Part shown: positions 25,701-50,299 of the stretch, piece after piece | How positions within the stretch are numbered: the first letter of the stretch is position 1 | How the letters are laid out: each line of letters begins with the position of its first letter | Assembly (NCBI GenBank): GCA_036172245.1 | Contig: JAYWIR010000020.1 | Coordinates: 682,001 to 746,000 of the forward strand | Direction: 5' to 3' | Length of the DNA stretch: 64,000 bases | DNA from: Raillietiella orientalis | Lineage: Eukaryota | Notes under the pieces: generated by a model | What the model saw: only the letters and a program-made list of their open reading frames with translations | What the model was told of the DNA's origin: nothing | Database searches by the model: none | Program-made: the position numbers and the translations under genes

Positions 25701-27612
25701 AGCCATTATTTGAGAAATGATTTGTTGCTTAGTTCGCTACCATTTGCTCTATTTCCGGGAATAGCATATCGTATTAAAACAACATCTAATTGTGCAGAAT
25801 ACGTAACTCATCCGAACATTTGCATAAGTTCGATTGTCCATTCTATGAAGAGGGAAAAATGTTATTAATGCTTTTGTTCGAGTCACTTTCTGCGCTCTTG
25901 TTAAGTGCTTTCCCTGGGGATGGCCATCAGATAAGTGAATACTCTCTTTCTGAAAACTGAATTTGCAACCAAAGGCACTGCATCTAGATACTGACAAATC
26001 TGCAAATGAAGAGAAACATAAGCTCCTAAACTTTTTGCCTAGACACCGTCTTTCATGTATTGCTGAAATGTGTTCTCCATTGCTGCAAATTCCGGTTTGG
26101 ATAGGAGTTTCTCCAAGTTGTCAGCTCTGTGATCATCTCTTACAGAATGAGAAATCATTTACGTTAATTGTTCTAGTATTAGAAACTGATATAATGACAT
26201 AGCACTGCTTGCAAGCCAAATTTCTCTTCCAATCAATCCTTCTTCCTACTTCCGGTGCACATGGTAAAAGAGGTTTTCCTCATCAGTTGGGGATGAAATA
26301 AGAGGGATTTTTTTTCCACCTTATGTTATTGAATGTCATCTTTCATGGCATGTTCATCGTGAACTCACCTGCGTATAAAACGCAACATTTAAATTGTTTA
26401 TTCCTTTGAAATTTTCATTGGAAATGAAGGAAATACATGGAAAAAATGACTCTGTGGATGTCGCTCCATGCAATTCGTCATAATCAGATTTCCAGCCTCA
26501 AATGTTTCGGACTCTGCTACATTTATGTGTGGCCTGTATTCATTTTGATCATTTTTCATATAGACGCAACATTTCAGAGTCGCCTTTCTTTTGTATTTTT
26601 TTTAAAAAAGTAGAGAAGGGAGACATAAAAGTACTACAAATTCGAGATTTCGTCTCTAAGCACGTATTATTTAAGGAAAAGAGACACATCTTGGCTGTTC
26701 GTACTTTCCCTTCGTTTTCAGCTCATCCTGGAAACAGAATTACCTTTATACTTTGAACCTTGCATTCCTGAAACATGTCGCAAAGAACCTAACCCCTGCA
26801 TTTGCATTGACTCTGATTTGTTTTACTTCCAAATAAATTGATTTCAGGGATCTTGTTATAACCTACATACGGATGAGGTGTCTGTAACCATGGGTCACCA
26901 TTTGGATTCAGCCACGTTCAATTCTGGAGAAAATTTTTATCTCGCCACTTCAGAACAACCTCCATTTTGCAGTAAGGATCCTTTTCTCTTCCTGAGATTT
27001 TGACTTTTCCATCGTAACAAATCGCCGCTTTCCAGAATATCACTATTACATTGAATTAGAATTGACTTCAGAAACTAAGCTTCTAGAGTTGATTTATGGA
27101 TATTTAAGGATTAATTCCTTGAAGGCGGATTCGGACGGGATTTTCGATGTATATGTCACAAATGGGTAAGTGTTAGGTTTCAACCAGGATCATCATGCTA
27201 TGTTATAAAATTTTCCACACTAGTGACACTGCTTTGGAACGAGGAAGGAAAAATGTGATTTTGTTTCTGGGAGAGAAAAATATTCTTAATGCGACATCAC
27301 TGAATATCTATTGGAAATTCGTGATCAATTTTGTAGATACCGTGCTTTGTTTTTGGTGCAAAGAATCCCTCTTCGTGGAAAATATTTCAATCATTAATTA
27401 CAATTATAATGGAAGGTAAAATTGACCGTTACCTACTTTTTTCTCCTTTCGTAGATACCATAGAAAAGCAGTATGGAGAGATTATTTACCATTATCATAA
27501 AATAAATATTTCTTTTAGGTTCTCGTCGCTGGAAGCTATCCATTTCCCAATCCCAGATAAAGAACTTCAAGAAATAGAAAGCGAATCTTCTCTGTTCTTA
27601 ACTTCAGAATAA
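22702..27612 (+). CDS. Pancreatic lipase-related protein (alpha/beta hydrolase plus PLAT-like C-terminal region). First exon not identified; last exon tentative.
   Basis: Exons ~22702-22964, 23017-23175, 23229-23726, 26848-26971, 27036-27165, 27224-27415, 27519-27612. Motifs CFDDIGC, ILIHGF, VDWSKGA, IGHSLGSH (Ser), RITGLDPA (Asp), RLDPSDA..VDVIHTD, GHADFYPNGG..QPGC, CSH (His), TMG, FYLATSEQPPFC. Confidence 0.88.
23818..24346. mobile_element. Non-autonomous hAT (Buster/Charlie-type) MITE, 529 bp, in a lipase intron
   Basis: TIRs CAGTGGTACTCAACC ... GATTGAGTACCGCTG. Perfect 8-bp target-site duplication GGTTAAAC at 23810-23817 and 24347-24354, with central TA (nnnTAnnn). No transposase ORF. 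Confidence 0.92.
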
Positions 27613-27879
27613 TAATATGAGCAAAGTGTTTTCAAGTTTTTTTTCGTTATTTGGAATTTTTGTCGTTTCATTGATTCATATTCCTGAAATCAAAGTTAGC
27701 ATCACTGGAACGAATTCATGTTCTTCAGATAACATCAAAGGTGCATGTAGCTACAGTCATAATCGTCAGGGAGTTGACATTAATTTTCAGTGTTTATGTC
27801 AACATTAGTTTCTGACTATCAATAGAAGTTCCCAAACAGTGAATTTCAGGAAACTCTGAGCCTTCGGCATGGTCCTGAT

Positions 27880-28131
27880 TCATAACTTCATACGATCGAA
27901 TGAGCTAAAAAGGCTCAATTGGAGACGACGCGGCTGTCCCGAAAAAAATCGTAGTTTACGAGTACAAATAACACGAAAACCGAATTTCCGATTTTCAATA
28001 AACCTATACATAAGATCGGAACTTTTGATTTCAAATACATTGATTCTAACTTCCTTTAATGGAATACTTTCGTAATTTTCATTTACATCACATTCCTCTA
28101 ATTCCTTCGTGTTTCTCTTCTTGGGATGCAA
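27880..28131 (-). mobile_element. Possible decayed hAT (ZMYM1-like) transposase C-terminal fragment
   Basis: ORF text PKKR...DVNENYE...EVRINVF...DLMYRF resembles the basic patch-acidic-F/YRI.VF..D....L..RF segment of ZMYM1-like hAT transposases. By-eye only. Confidence 0.3.
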
Positions 28132-30039
28132 TTGCTTTCCTCACTGAACGTTTGTAACGTCATCGAGAAGGACGAATTGGCAACTCTCTGATTCCAGATT
28201 CTGTTCATTGAAACTTTTCACCATTTATGGATTTTTCTGGTTTCCATAATATCCTTTTTTGGTTATTGGAAAATGAAATTTATGCATTGCTAATTCATGG
28301 AAGGCCGGAATACTCCATCACCATTTCCGTTAGGAGAATTAACAGTTTTGATTTCAGCATTCATTTTGTTGTACTATTTAGTACATTTATGCTTAAATTA
28401 AAGGAATATTCAAATTCATAATATGAAGCAAAAATATATTTTTGTTTCTTTAAAGTTGATTAAATCAACATTGAGTGAATAAAAAAAAACTGGCTTAACA
28501 AGCGTGGATCTGATTGAAAATGATTTTCATTTAATGCAATGGGAATCTAGTGCATGATACCTTATGACTCTGAAATTGAAATTGTTGATAAATTTTCTTT
28601 CATTTAAATTCGATAACAAGAAGTGAACGTCCTTTTGCAGCTATATGTAGCCAAAAATATTTCGTTTTCTAAAAAAAAATTGCCAAAACAAACGCACATA
28701 GATGGGAAGATATGGATACCGAAATGTAAAACATTACGTACGTTGTGAGAAATTTCACTTTATTGAATAAATTCTCATGTGATAAGAGCTTGAAATATAA
28801 AAGTCATTCTTTCGAATAAAATCGTTAGAATGCTTTGAAAAGTTCTGATATTCCTTACGAGATTTGTGCTCCCAAATTTGATCACATCATTTTATGTGCC
28901 TAAGAAACTAACAAAGTGTTCCACCAAATAGATGCAAGGAGAAGAAAAAAATCATCCTTCTGACATAACTTCTCCAAACCACAATCTTAAATCTGATCGC
29001 TCGCTGGCACTTTTCTTATTCCTAAGCTCTTTTCTGTCGCGGTTTTTAGATGATAGCAAAGTGTGAGAATTTGTCCAGAGTATAATTAAGGTGGATTTTA
29101 GATTTGGTTGTTGTCCACGTCCTCCACTTTACATGCTTGCATGCGTGCTTCATTTACTTCATAGTCATCGATGAAATCACTCGTATTTACCGGTTTCTTT
29201 TAATGCCTTAGTAGCATTTTCAAAGTATATAACCGTTGGTTACGGTAGGCAAAACTTTGGCTTCGTGTAACACCTTTTTGCAACAGGAAGCCATATGGAA
29301 ACAGGGCTGTCTCTGGTGTGGAGAGTTGAATTGGAAATTATCATCAAACGGTTTGCAAATCGATTGGTAAACAGGACTTCCGTTTATCCGTTTTAAGCCA
29401 GTGATAATAGGATTTTATATTCCTTAATAAGATGAAGCTCCCCTTCATAAATTTCGATCCGAATTTTCGTCAAGTTTTGTCATTCATTGATTAGCATGCA
29501 TTGGTTGCCCTCACAGCCCACTCAGTTTGCTATTATGAATAACATTTGTAAAGAGCATTGTTAACAGGAAACGAGTAGTAGTGTGGTAAATTATTAAAGT
29601 CCCCCTTTGAAAATGAAGTTTGTGGTAACGCAGCCTTGATAGCATACTGAATGCAGACAATTTTGATTTGACCCTCACATGTGGGAACTATAGAGAGAAC
29701 TCCATAGATAATTTGACGACCGTTTGGTTTAGACCCTTGCCTATACACGCAGATTCGCTTGTTTCTTCCCATCATTTGTATGTACAGGGCTGGAAAGTTG
29801 CTGGATCATCCACAATGCCAATAATATTTGATTAAAAAAGGCAACGTTTATTGCGCATTTAAATGAATTTTCCTCACAAATGTAAGCGCCCAGGTCTGAT
29901 TAAGTGTGTTATACATTGGGATAGATGATTTGTAACTAAAAAAAAAAAAAAAATTTTAGTCATGTATGTTGCAAACTACTGTCTAACTTGGTATTTTCAT
30001 TTGATGTCATAAGGAAAAGTCTATTCTAAATTTTAAAAC

Positions 30040-30922
30040 ATGGAAAATGAATATAACACTGGATGTATTATAATGCCTGGAGATATAATATCGCCCAAGC
30101 AATGCAGGGAAAGCAAGAAGAAAATAATTATTGGTCCAGGATTGCAACAGTTCTCAGAAAACTTGATTGCAACAAAATGTGGAGTATTAAGGCAGAAGGA
30201 AATGCCTAGTTTTACTTGGATAGATTCTCATCAGAAAAGAGTAATTCATCTATTAAGCAAAAATCTTGATGCTAGGCACTTGCCTGGTTCGTGGTTTATT
30301 GTTTTTTTTGTTTCAGTATGTACCAACAAAAGGTGATGATGTTCTAGGCATCATCACAAACAAACATCCAGAATTGTACAGAGTAGATATTGGTAGTAGC
30401 GAACCAGCATCATTATCATGTTATGCTTTTGAAGGTGCAACAAAGAAAAACAAACCTAACTTACAGGTTTGTATAATGTAAAACTTCCTATTAATCAAAT
30501 TCTATAAATAGATAGGTGACTTAGTGTATGCCAAAGTAATTGTAGCAAATAAAGATGTTGAGCCAGAATTGGTGTGCATAAATTCTCAAGGCAAAAAAAA
30601 TGGCTTAGGACCATTGGCAGAAGGTGGATTTATGTTTACTGTTTCACTAAATCTTATCAGAAGGTATCAGAAAAATAGAATAGCTTGGAATTAATGATAG
30701 TTTCCTAGGATACTTTCACCATCATGTCCCTTGTTAGAAATGCTTGGAAGTTCTATTCCTTTTGAGATTGCTGCAGGAATGAATGGCAGAATATGGATTC
30801 GAACGAAAACTGTACGGGAAACAATAGCACTAGTGAATGCAATCCGATTATCTGAAGATAAAAGCGATGATGAAATCAAAACACTTTATGATAAAGTTCA
30901 AAACTTTATCACAGGATTTTAA
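30040..30922 (+). CDS. EXOSC3: Exosome complex component RRP40
   Basis: Exons 30040-30240, 30317-30466, 30512-30663, 30709-30922 (TAA). Motifs [69 protein letters not shown]. Confidence 0.97.
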
Positions 30923-31230
30923 AGAATTACAAAAATTTCGATGTAACCATTTCCCTGAATTTTGATTCATAGAAAAAACAAATCCACATAACGAGATCAC
31001 ACTTTCATCATGCATCCAACTAGAAATGTTATTCAATGTTGACTAGACAATTGTTCAAACACCAAAGGGATGGCAGTTGGCAAAGGCAGTTAGTTGGTTG
31101 TTGCTTCATGGATTGACTGGTTTGGTAATGTAGGAATAGTGTTCACAGCTCTAGCTGGCAGTGTATCTTTGCATTGTATCCCTGAGTGCCAATTTGATGT
31201 TATGGCAGTTTTTTTTTTTTTTTTTTCTAG

Positions 31231-44663
<13,433 letters not shown>

Positions 44664-47039
44664 TTATAATCGACGGGGAAACTTTCGAGAGAAAACAAAT
44701 GTAAGCACTTATCGAAAATCTCATCAAGTTCCAACTAATTTTGCTTCCATCCCAGTGATGATGCTACATGCAATCTTACAATCCCAGAACAATCAGCTTT
44801 TGGTAAACCCGAATTTCTGACGAAAACGAAAACATGGATTGATGGTTGCAAAGCTTACAGGCTGCCTGGTTTCCTACTTACATTTCCATTGACAAACTGG
44901 TTCATAACCACACTTCCAGCAGTTCTCTATGTCAAATGCCCTGCCACTATCACTGTCCCTGCTGCTTCATCACGAGCAGTTGTGACGCGTACGTGTAACA
45001 TCCCCACGTCTTCGGAGGCGCTTTGATGCAAAAAGTGCACACCGACGGCATTCATTAAAACTTCAGTTTGCAACGTTACGTGTGTGCACGTTGCGTGAGG
45101 TCGATAACACGAAATTTTTGTTTAACGGGACGGTTGGTTTAGAAAGGTACCGTACAGGAGGGGGAACAGAAGGCGTACATCACGTATTGGCATTGTGTTC
45201 AGCAGTTGTGTTGTTGTTTTTCCCTGTTGTAGCGCTTGGAAGGGAACGCGCCACGAAATAGGGCACGGAAACCTGGAATGCCTCTTGACAAATTTCCCGT
45301 TTACCGTTCCATGCATTTATTCACGCGCATAACATTTGCAAGTTGAACGGCCATATCGATCCATTATGTGTATCTACCCCAGTTTATAGCAGCCAAACTG
45401 CGAAATGTTGGAAATGAACTTTCGCAAAGGTCTCCTATACTGTGCAGTGTTTTCTGCCGTTTTTTTCCATTTTGAAGGTTCATTGGGTATTTATAATCCT
45501 GTATGTAATGCGAATGGGTATCGAAGCTCACACACAGGTATGCTTCAGTTAGAAAACTCGCTTCCTATTGAGTTTCCCATTTTCCTTTTGACTTTTTGAA
45601 CTTTCAAGTTTTCCTGTGAAAAGGACTGGTAATCTTTCTCGTAGCGTTTTACTATGATCCATTATCGCCTATTTGGTAAATTTATAAACAGGAAGAGCGC
45701 ATCGTTGCTGTCTGCATGGATCGTCAAGTTACACGGTAATTTTAAAATCTGCGACCCTGAAATCCATCTTTAGAATATCAGTGCTGTTGAAAAATCGCTG
45801 CTATAGAGATTTATCCCAATTCTGTTTTTGCTTCTATTTTCTTTTTGGTTTTCGTGCAAAATGCCTGCGGTCATACTTCTAATAGTTTTTGCAGATGGAG
45901 CTACGGATGGTAAATAACTTTGTGGATATCGATTGTATAACTGTCATGGGATCCACTGCATCATTTTGACGTTCTGATTAGATAGTAGATGTTACCAGGC
46001 AATATAAGTTTATTCAGTTAAAACTGTGCCATGAATTAGACCTCCCTTTAACATCATTAGATTTAGCAGTTATGGGAAGATGGGGAAATGCTGGGGAGAT
46101 ATGGAAGCTGGGGAGATGCGCCCCATGTACGAGCAGAATTTCAAAATCGGAGTATCTACTGGTATTAATGAAAAGGAAAATTCTACACCATCTATAAAAA
46201 GTTGATAGGAACCGTAAAGTGTATCAAAAACAAACTGGAAGGGGGGAAAAGTCCTTAACATGTAAAGACTTCCAAAACGTAATGCAAGCGGGCGTATCGT
46301 ATTCATATTTTCAATTTTTGACATCTTGCAAAGTAAACTAGGAAACAGAGCATGAATATTTTGTTTTAACATTGCACTATATGGAAACACAATTGCATAT
46401 CAAGTTACCGTCTATTAGAGATTACTTCTTGAAATTTTCTATCGAAGCTCTGACTTCTTTTGGATTAAGCCCCCCCCAATGATAAACGTGCTTTGCAGTT
46501 CAACTGCAGCGCTCACGGGCTTTTAAAACCCAAACTAAAAAAAGAAAATGTAGAAACAATTATCATTCCATCTTATTTTAGAAATCCTGAAAGGGACCTA
46601 ACACTTATCATCGTACACTACCGAGCGTTTCTCAAAACTCTGAAATATTCTTTGGTAGTTTTTGAATAATATTGGCAAAAAATTGCAATCCTAATTACTT
46701 GTCGTAACAATAAATCGAATAATATGTTACTTATCAAACTTTGTCCTGTACTTAAGTTGATACCCTTATGGCTTTATTTTGATTATTTTTATCGAACAAG
46801 ACTGACAACTTGAACACCAAGTATCCTGTATGGTATACTGCTCGTGAAAATTCGGTTTGTACACCCAAGCAAACGTCTGTATAGTAATGACATTCCTTTT
46901 AATCAGGTGTCGAGAACAGACGCTTATTAATTCCAACTATGAGGAGCTCACACAACAAATCTCTTGTTGCAAGGTCTGAATATCTAATCCGAATATCTAA
47001 ACATGAGGTTTTTAATCTTCCATGGTTAGTAGTTTAACT

Positions 47040-47071
47040 TTTTCCCCTGTTTCATGGAAAACAGGGGAAAA
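47040..47071. repeat. Perfect 13-bp inverted repeat (hairpin)
   Basis: ttttcccctgttt-catgga-aaacaggggaaaa. Confidence 0.9.
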
Positions 47072-47173
47072 TTAGTTTTGGGTTCCGGTCCCATTTCATG
47101 TATTCTCATATGAGCTGATCATTTAGTTATTTACTGTTCGTCGTGACCACTCCGACCGATTTTTCGCATCCGG

Positions 47174-47214
47174 AGTCTGCAGATATCCGGAGGACATCCG
47201 GAGATCTGCAGACT
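47174..47214. repeat. 17/18-bp inverted repeat (hairpin)
   Basis: agtctgcagatatccgga-ggaca-tccggagatctgcagact. Confidence 0.9.
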
Positions 47215-47891
47215 GCTGCTGGCAATAGCAACGTGAAAATTTACTTACGACCTTCATTTTGATTCCATATGTTTGTTCAGTTTTGACATTCATCTCCAGT
47301 CGTGCATTTTGCACTGAGAAATGAGTGGAACACAGTGATTCAAGCAAAGTATTAGTAGCGAAGTGACTGAAGTGTTGAGAGGTGCAAGTTGCTCGGAGGT
47401 GAGGACGAGCCCATATCAACAGCTACCTCAGTGATTGTGGTGCAAATAAAGTTGTGAAAGCATCTATAAAACAAGTCTCGTGACGTTTATTCCTTATCAT
47501 GGGAGGTTCTCAGTAAAGAGTTCAGCCATGGGATTTATTTATTGTGTTGTTTTTCTTACATTATATACTTTGGACTTTCACAAGACATTCAGTACTGCGT
47601 GTTGTTTCTGTAATACGACTGTCACTTTTCGAATAACTGACTGTATGTCCCGAGTTAGTAACGAAATTATCACAAAAGAAAGGAACCTGGTACATAGGCA
47701 CGTATTGCGAAAACATTTGTTTATGAAGAATTCCATCCACTAAAGCAACGGACGATGGTTTTTCAACGACTGGCAACGAATGCCTTCTGTTAGTTTTCCT
47801 TCATTACGGTTCTAAGGTTATTTTGAATACGGCATAATAATACAGCATTCATTTTCCTACGAAAATCATTGCTGCATTTTTTTTTTTTTTT

Positions 47892-47936
47892 TTGGTAGCA
47901 TGCATTTTTTTTTTAATGAATAATGCATGCTACCAA
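47892..47936. repeat. Perfect 15-bp inverted repeat
   Basis: ttggtagcatgcatt-(15 nt)-aatgcatgctaccaa. Confidence 0.9.
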
Positions 47937-50299
47937 GTAAAAGTAATTCAGATTATATGAATTATAAATTCTTTTGAATTTAGTTTTGTGAGCCTGATCA
48001 GAGCCTATAGCCTACTACGTCGTCCATTCTGTGTCATTCGACGATTCGTGCTTGACACGGTTTTGGAAATTACTCGATACTAAGCTCTAGCAAGTTCCGT
48101 TCCGAAGACTCGTCGTTGTTTCTCAATTGACACAAACGGACGGACGGAAGACAACTAAGGAAACGGCGCGCGTTTCTCTTTGGATCCATGAAAAACAGCA
48201 TCCTGAATTCATAGGATGCAGCAATACGGTGGATAACATAGTAAAGCTTTTCGTAAAGCTTCATGGGAAAGAAGAAATGATCAAGGATAGAGTCCAAACC
48301 TCTATTTGAACAGTGGACTAAAGTACCTGGAAGGCCATTTTTCTGTGATTTTTTGCGTGCTCTCTTAAATCCAAAGAACTTTGTGAAGAATACAGTTCTG
48401 GCAAACAATGGACGTGTAAATGGCATGCTTCGTATTATTCATAAAAGCTTTATACAGAAAAAAAGGTAGTAAATTGCTACTTGCTAATTAATTGTAATAG
48501 TGCAATTGTGTCAGTATTCTTCTGGAACTCACACTGGAATGACTATTTATTGGTAAAATAACAAAGTGAACGGATGAGAAATGGAGTATCCGGAATGAGA
48601 TTGTGGGAAAAAGTAAATAAGACCATTACATGAAGATCAGGAATTAAGTGAAAATGGATAATATGCGTTGTAAAAGTATCTAGAACTTTATGAGCAGATG
48701 AAAATGAATGAATGACCGATGATGGTGACTGATGGGAAAGGCAGAGTGCCCCATGAGGGAAGGTCAGGCTGAAGAGAATGAGTTTTTAATTAACTGCAGC
48801 GTATCGGGAAGTACAATAGGGAATCTCAGGAAGGAAGTCATAAGAAGTACAATAACGTGGTACTACACTTAATCTTCCAGCCCGAAAAAATAACTAGCAG
48901 CGTCCAATAGACTGCTATTGAGAACAAGAAGGCTTCTTTTACTCTCTCCGATATATTTTAGAACTGCGCCTTCCAACACTGAGTGTTTCGAACACAGCAT
49001 TAGTGACACACACAAAACAGGTTTTCATAAAATTCCAACCGGTAGTTCCATCTTTGTTCTCGGTTGAAATGCAATTCTATAGGATTCGAAACACGAGCAG
49101 ACCAACTTCAGCGTATCAGCTGTTGGAACGGAATGCCTTTTGTCTTGATTTTCCTTTCGATCTGAATTCCATGCTACTCGGATGTTGAAAAAATTGCGAT
49201 TGGTCATTCGTAGAAACCAGAATTATTCGTAGGCTTCTAGATAAGCTGGTTCACAGAATTCCAGTTATTCCTGAAAAGCAACACCATGAAATTCAATTCA
49301 TAGTATTGACAACAGCAGTGTACTTTTTTAACGTATTTCCCTTGTTGTTATCGAGACTAAGACATACTACACCGCTTAAAATGGAAATGTACAAGAATCC
49401 GATCTATTGAATTTATTTATTGAAATTTCGGAAACGTGTTGCAGGAGGAAAGGTAATCAAGTACTGCAAAGACGAAGAATCGGAAGTGCAATTGTTGCAT
49501 GCCTGGCATTAAGGAGTTTCAGCATTTCCGGAGCCCATTCACAGCAATCAATCTGCACGTCACCAGGTCAGTCATCGAGTCCACGTGTGTGGATTCCCCT
49601 GCATTTTGGTGCGTGATCGTCCCGTTACAAGTTTTTTCACGATCTGAATTCGCTTCGTCTTCTTAGCCTTGTACGAACGAGTACGCTTGTAGACTTATTG
49701 AAGAAACCTGATGAAACAAATAATTGGCAATCTTCAATAATTGGTATAATTCGAGGCAAAGGTTTCGTTTTCGCATTCTTTTCTTAAAGAGAACCTGGCA
49801 GCCTTTCAGGACCTAACATGATAACAAAAAAACACGTTACAGCGTTGAAGTATTTCTTATTTGTCTTGGTTGAGACTTTTACATTTTATCCCTAAAGGTA
49901 AGCTATCAGCATCCTATGGACTGCACGCGAGAGCAATCAGGACTGCTATAGCAAAGATTTCTGATTTATTGCTTCATATTCGTTACTTCAAGTAAAATGC
50001 CATCGGCATGTTTAGCCCATCTTCCTTGCCTTGATGGAGAAGTGAGTGCACTTCTTTAGTTTTTGAGGGTAGCGGACCTCCGAACGTTTTCTCCGGACAT
50101 ATTGATAGCGATCCGATTGCATCGGGATTTGATTTTCTTTTCATTTATCAAAGAAACAAGACTTGAACTCACCGAGCCAGAGCATCTGACTCTTAAGATA
50201 TGATCTTGTGTCGTGGCACTTAAAGGCTTGCATCGTAGCAACAGCGATGAATCACGGCAAATCGTCATCTAGAGAATGAAGCAAATACTCTTGTTCGTC

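Noticed and set aside
44745..44790. TCCCAG motifs upstream of DOT1L and TMED resembling ZNF143/Staf sites
   Set aside because: Only short partial matches, which could arise by chance.
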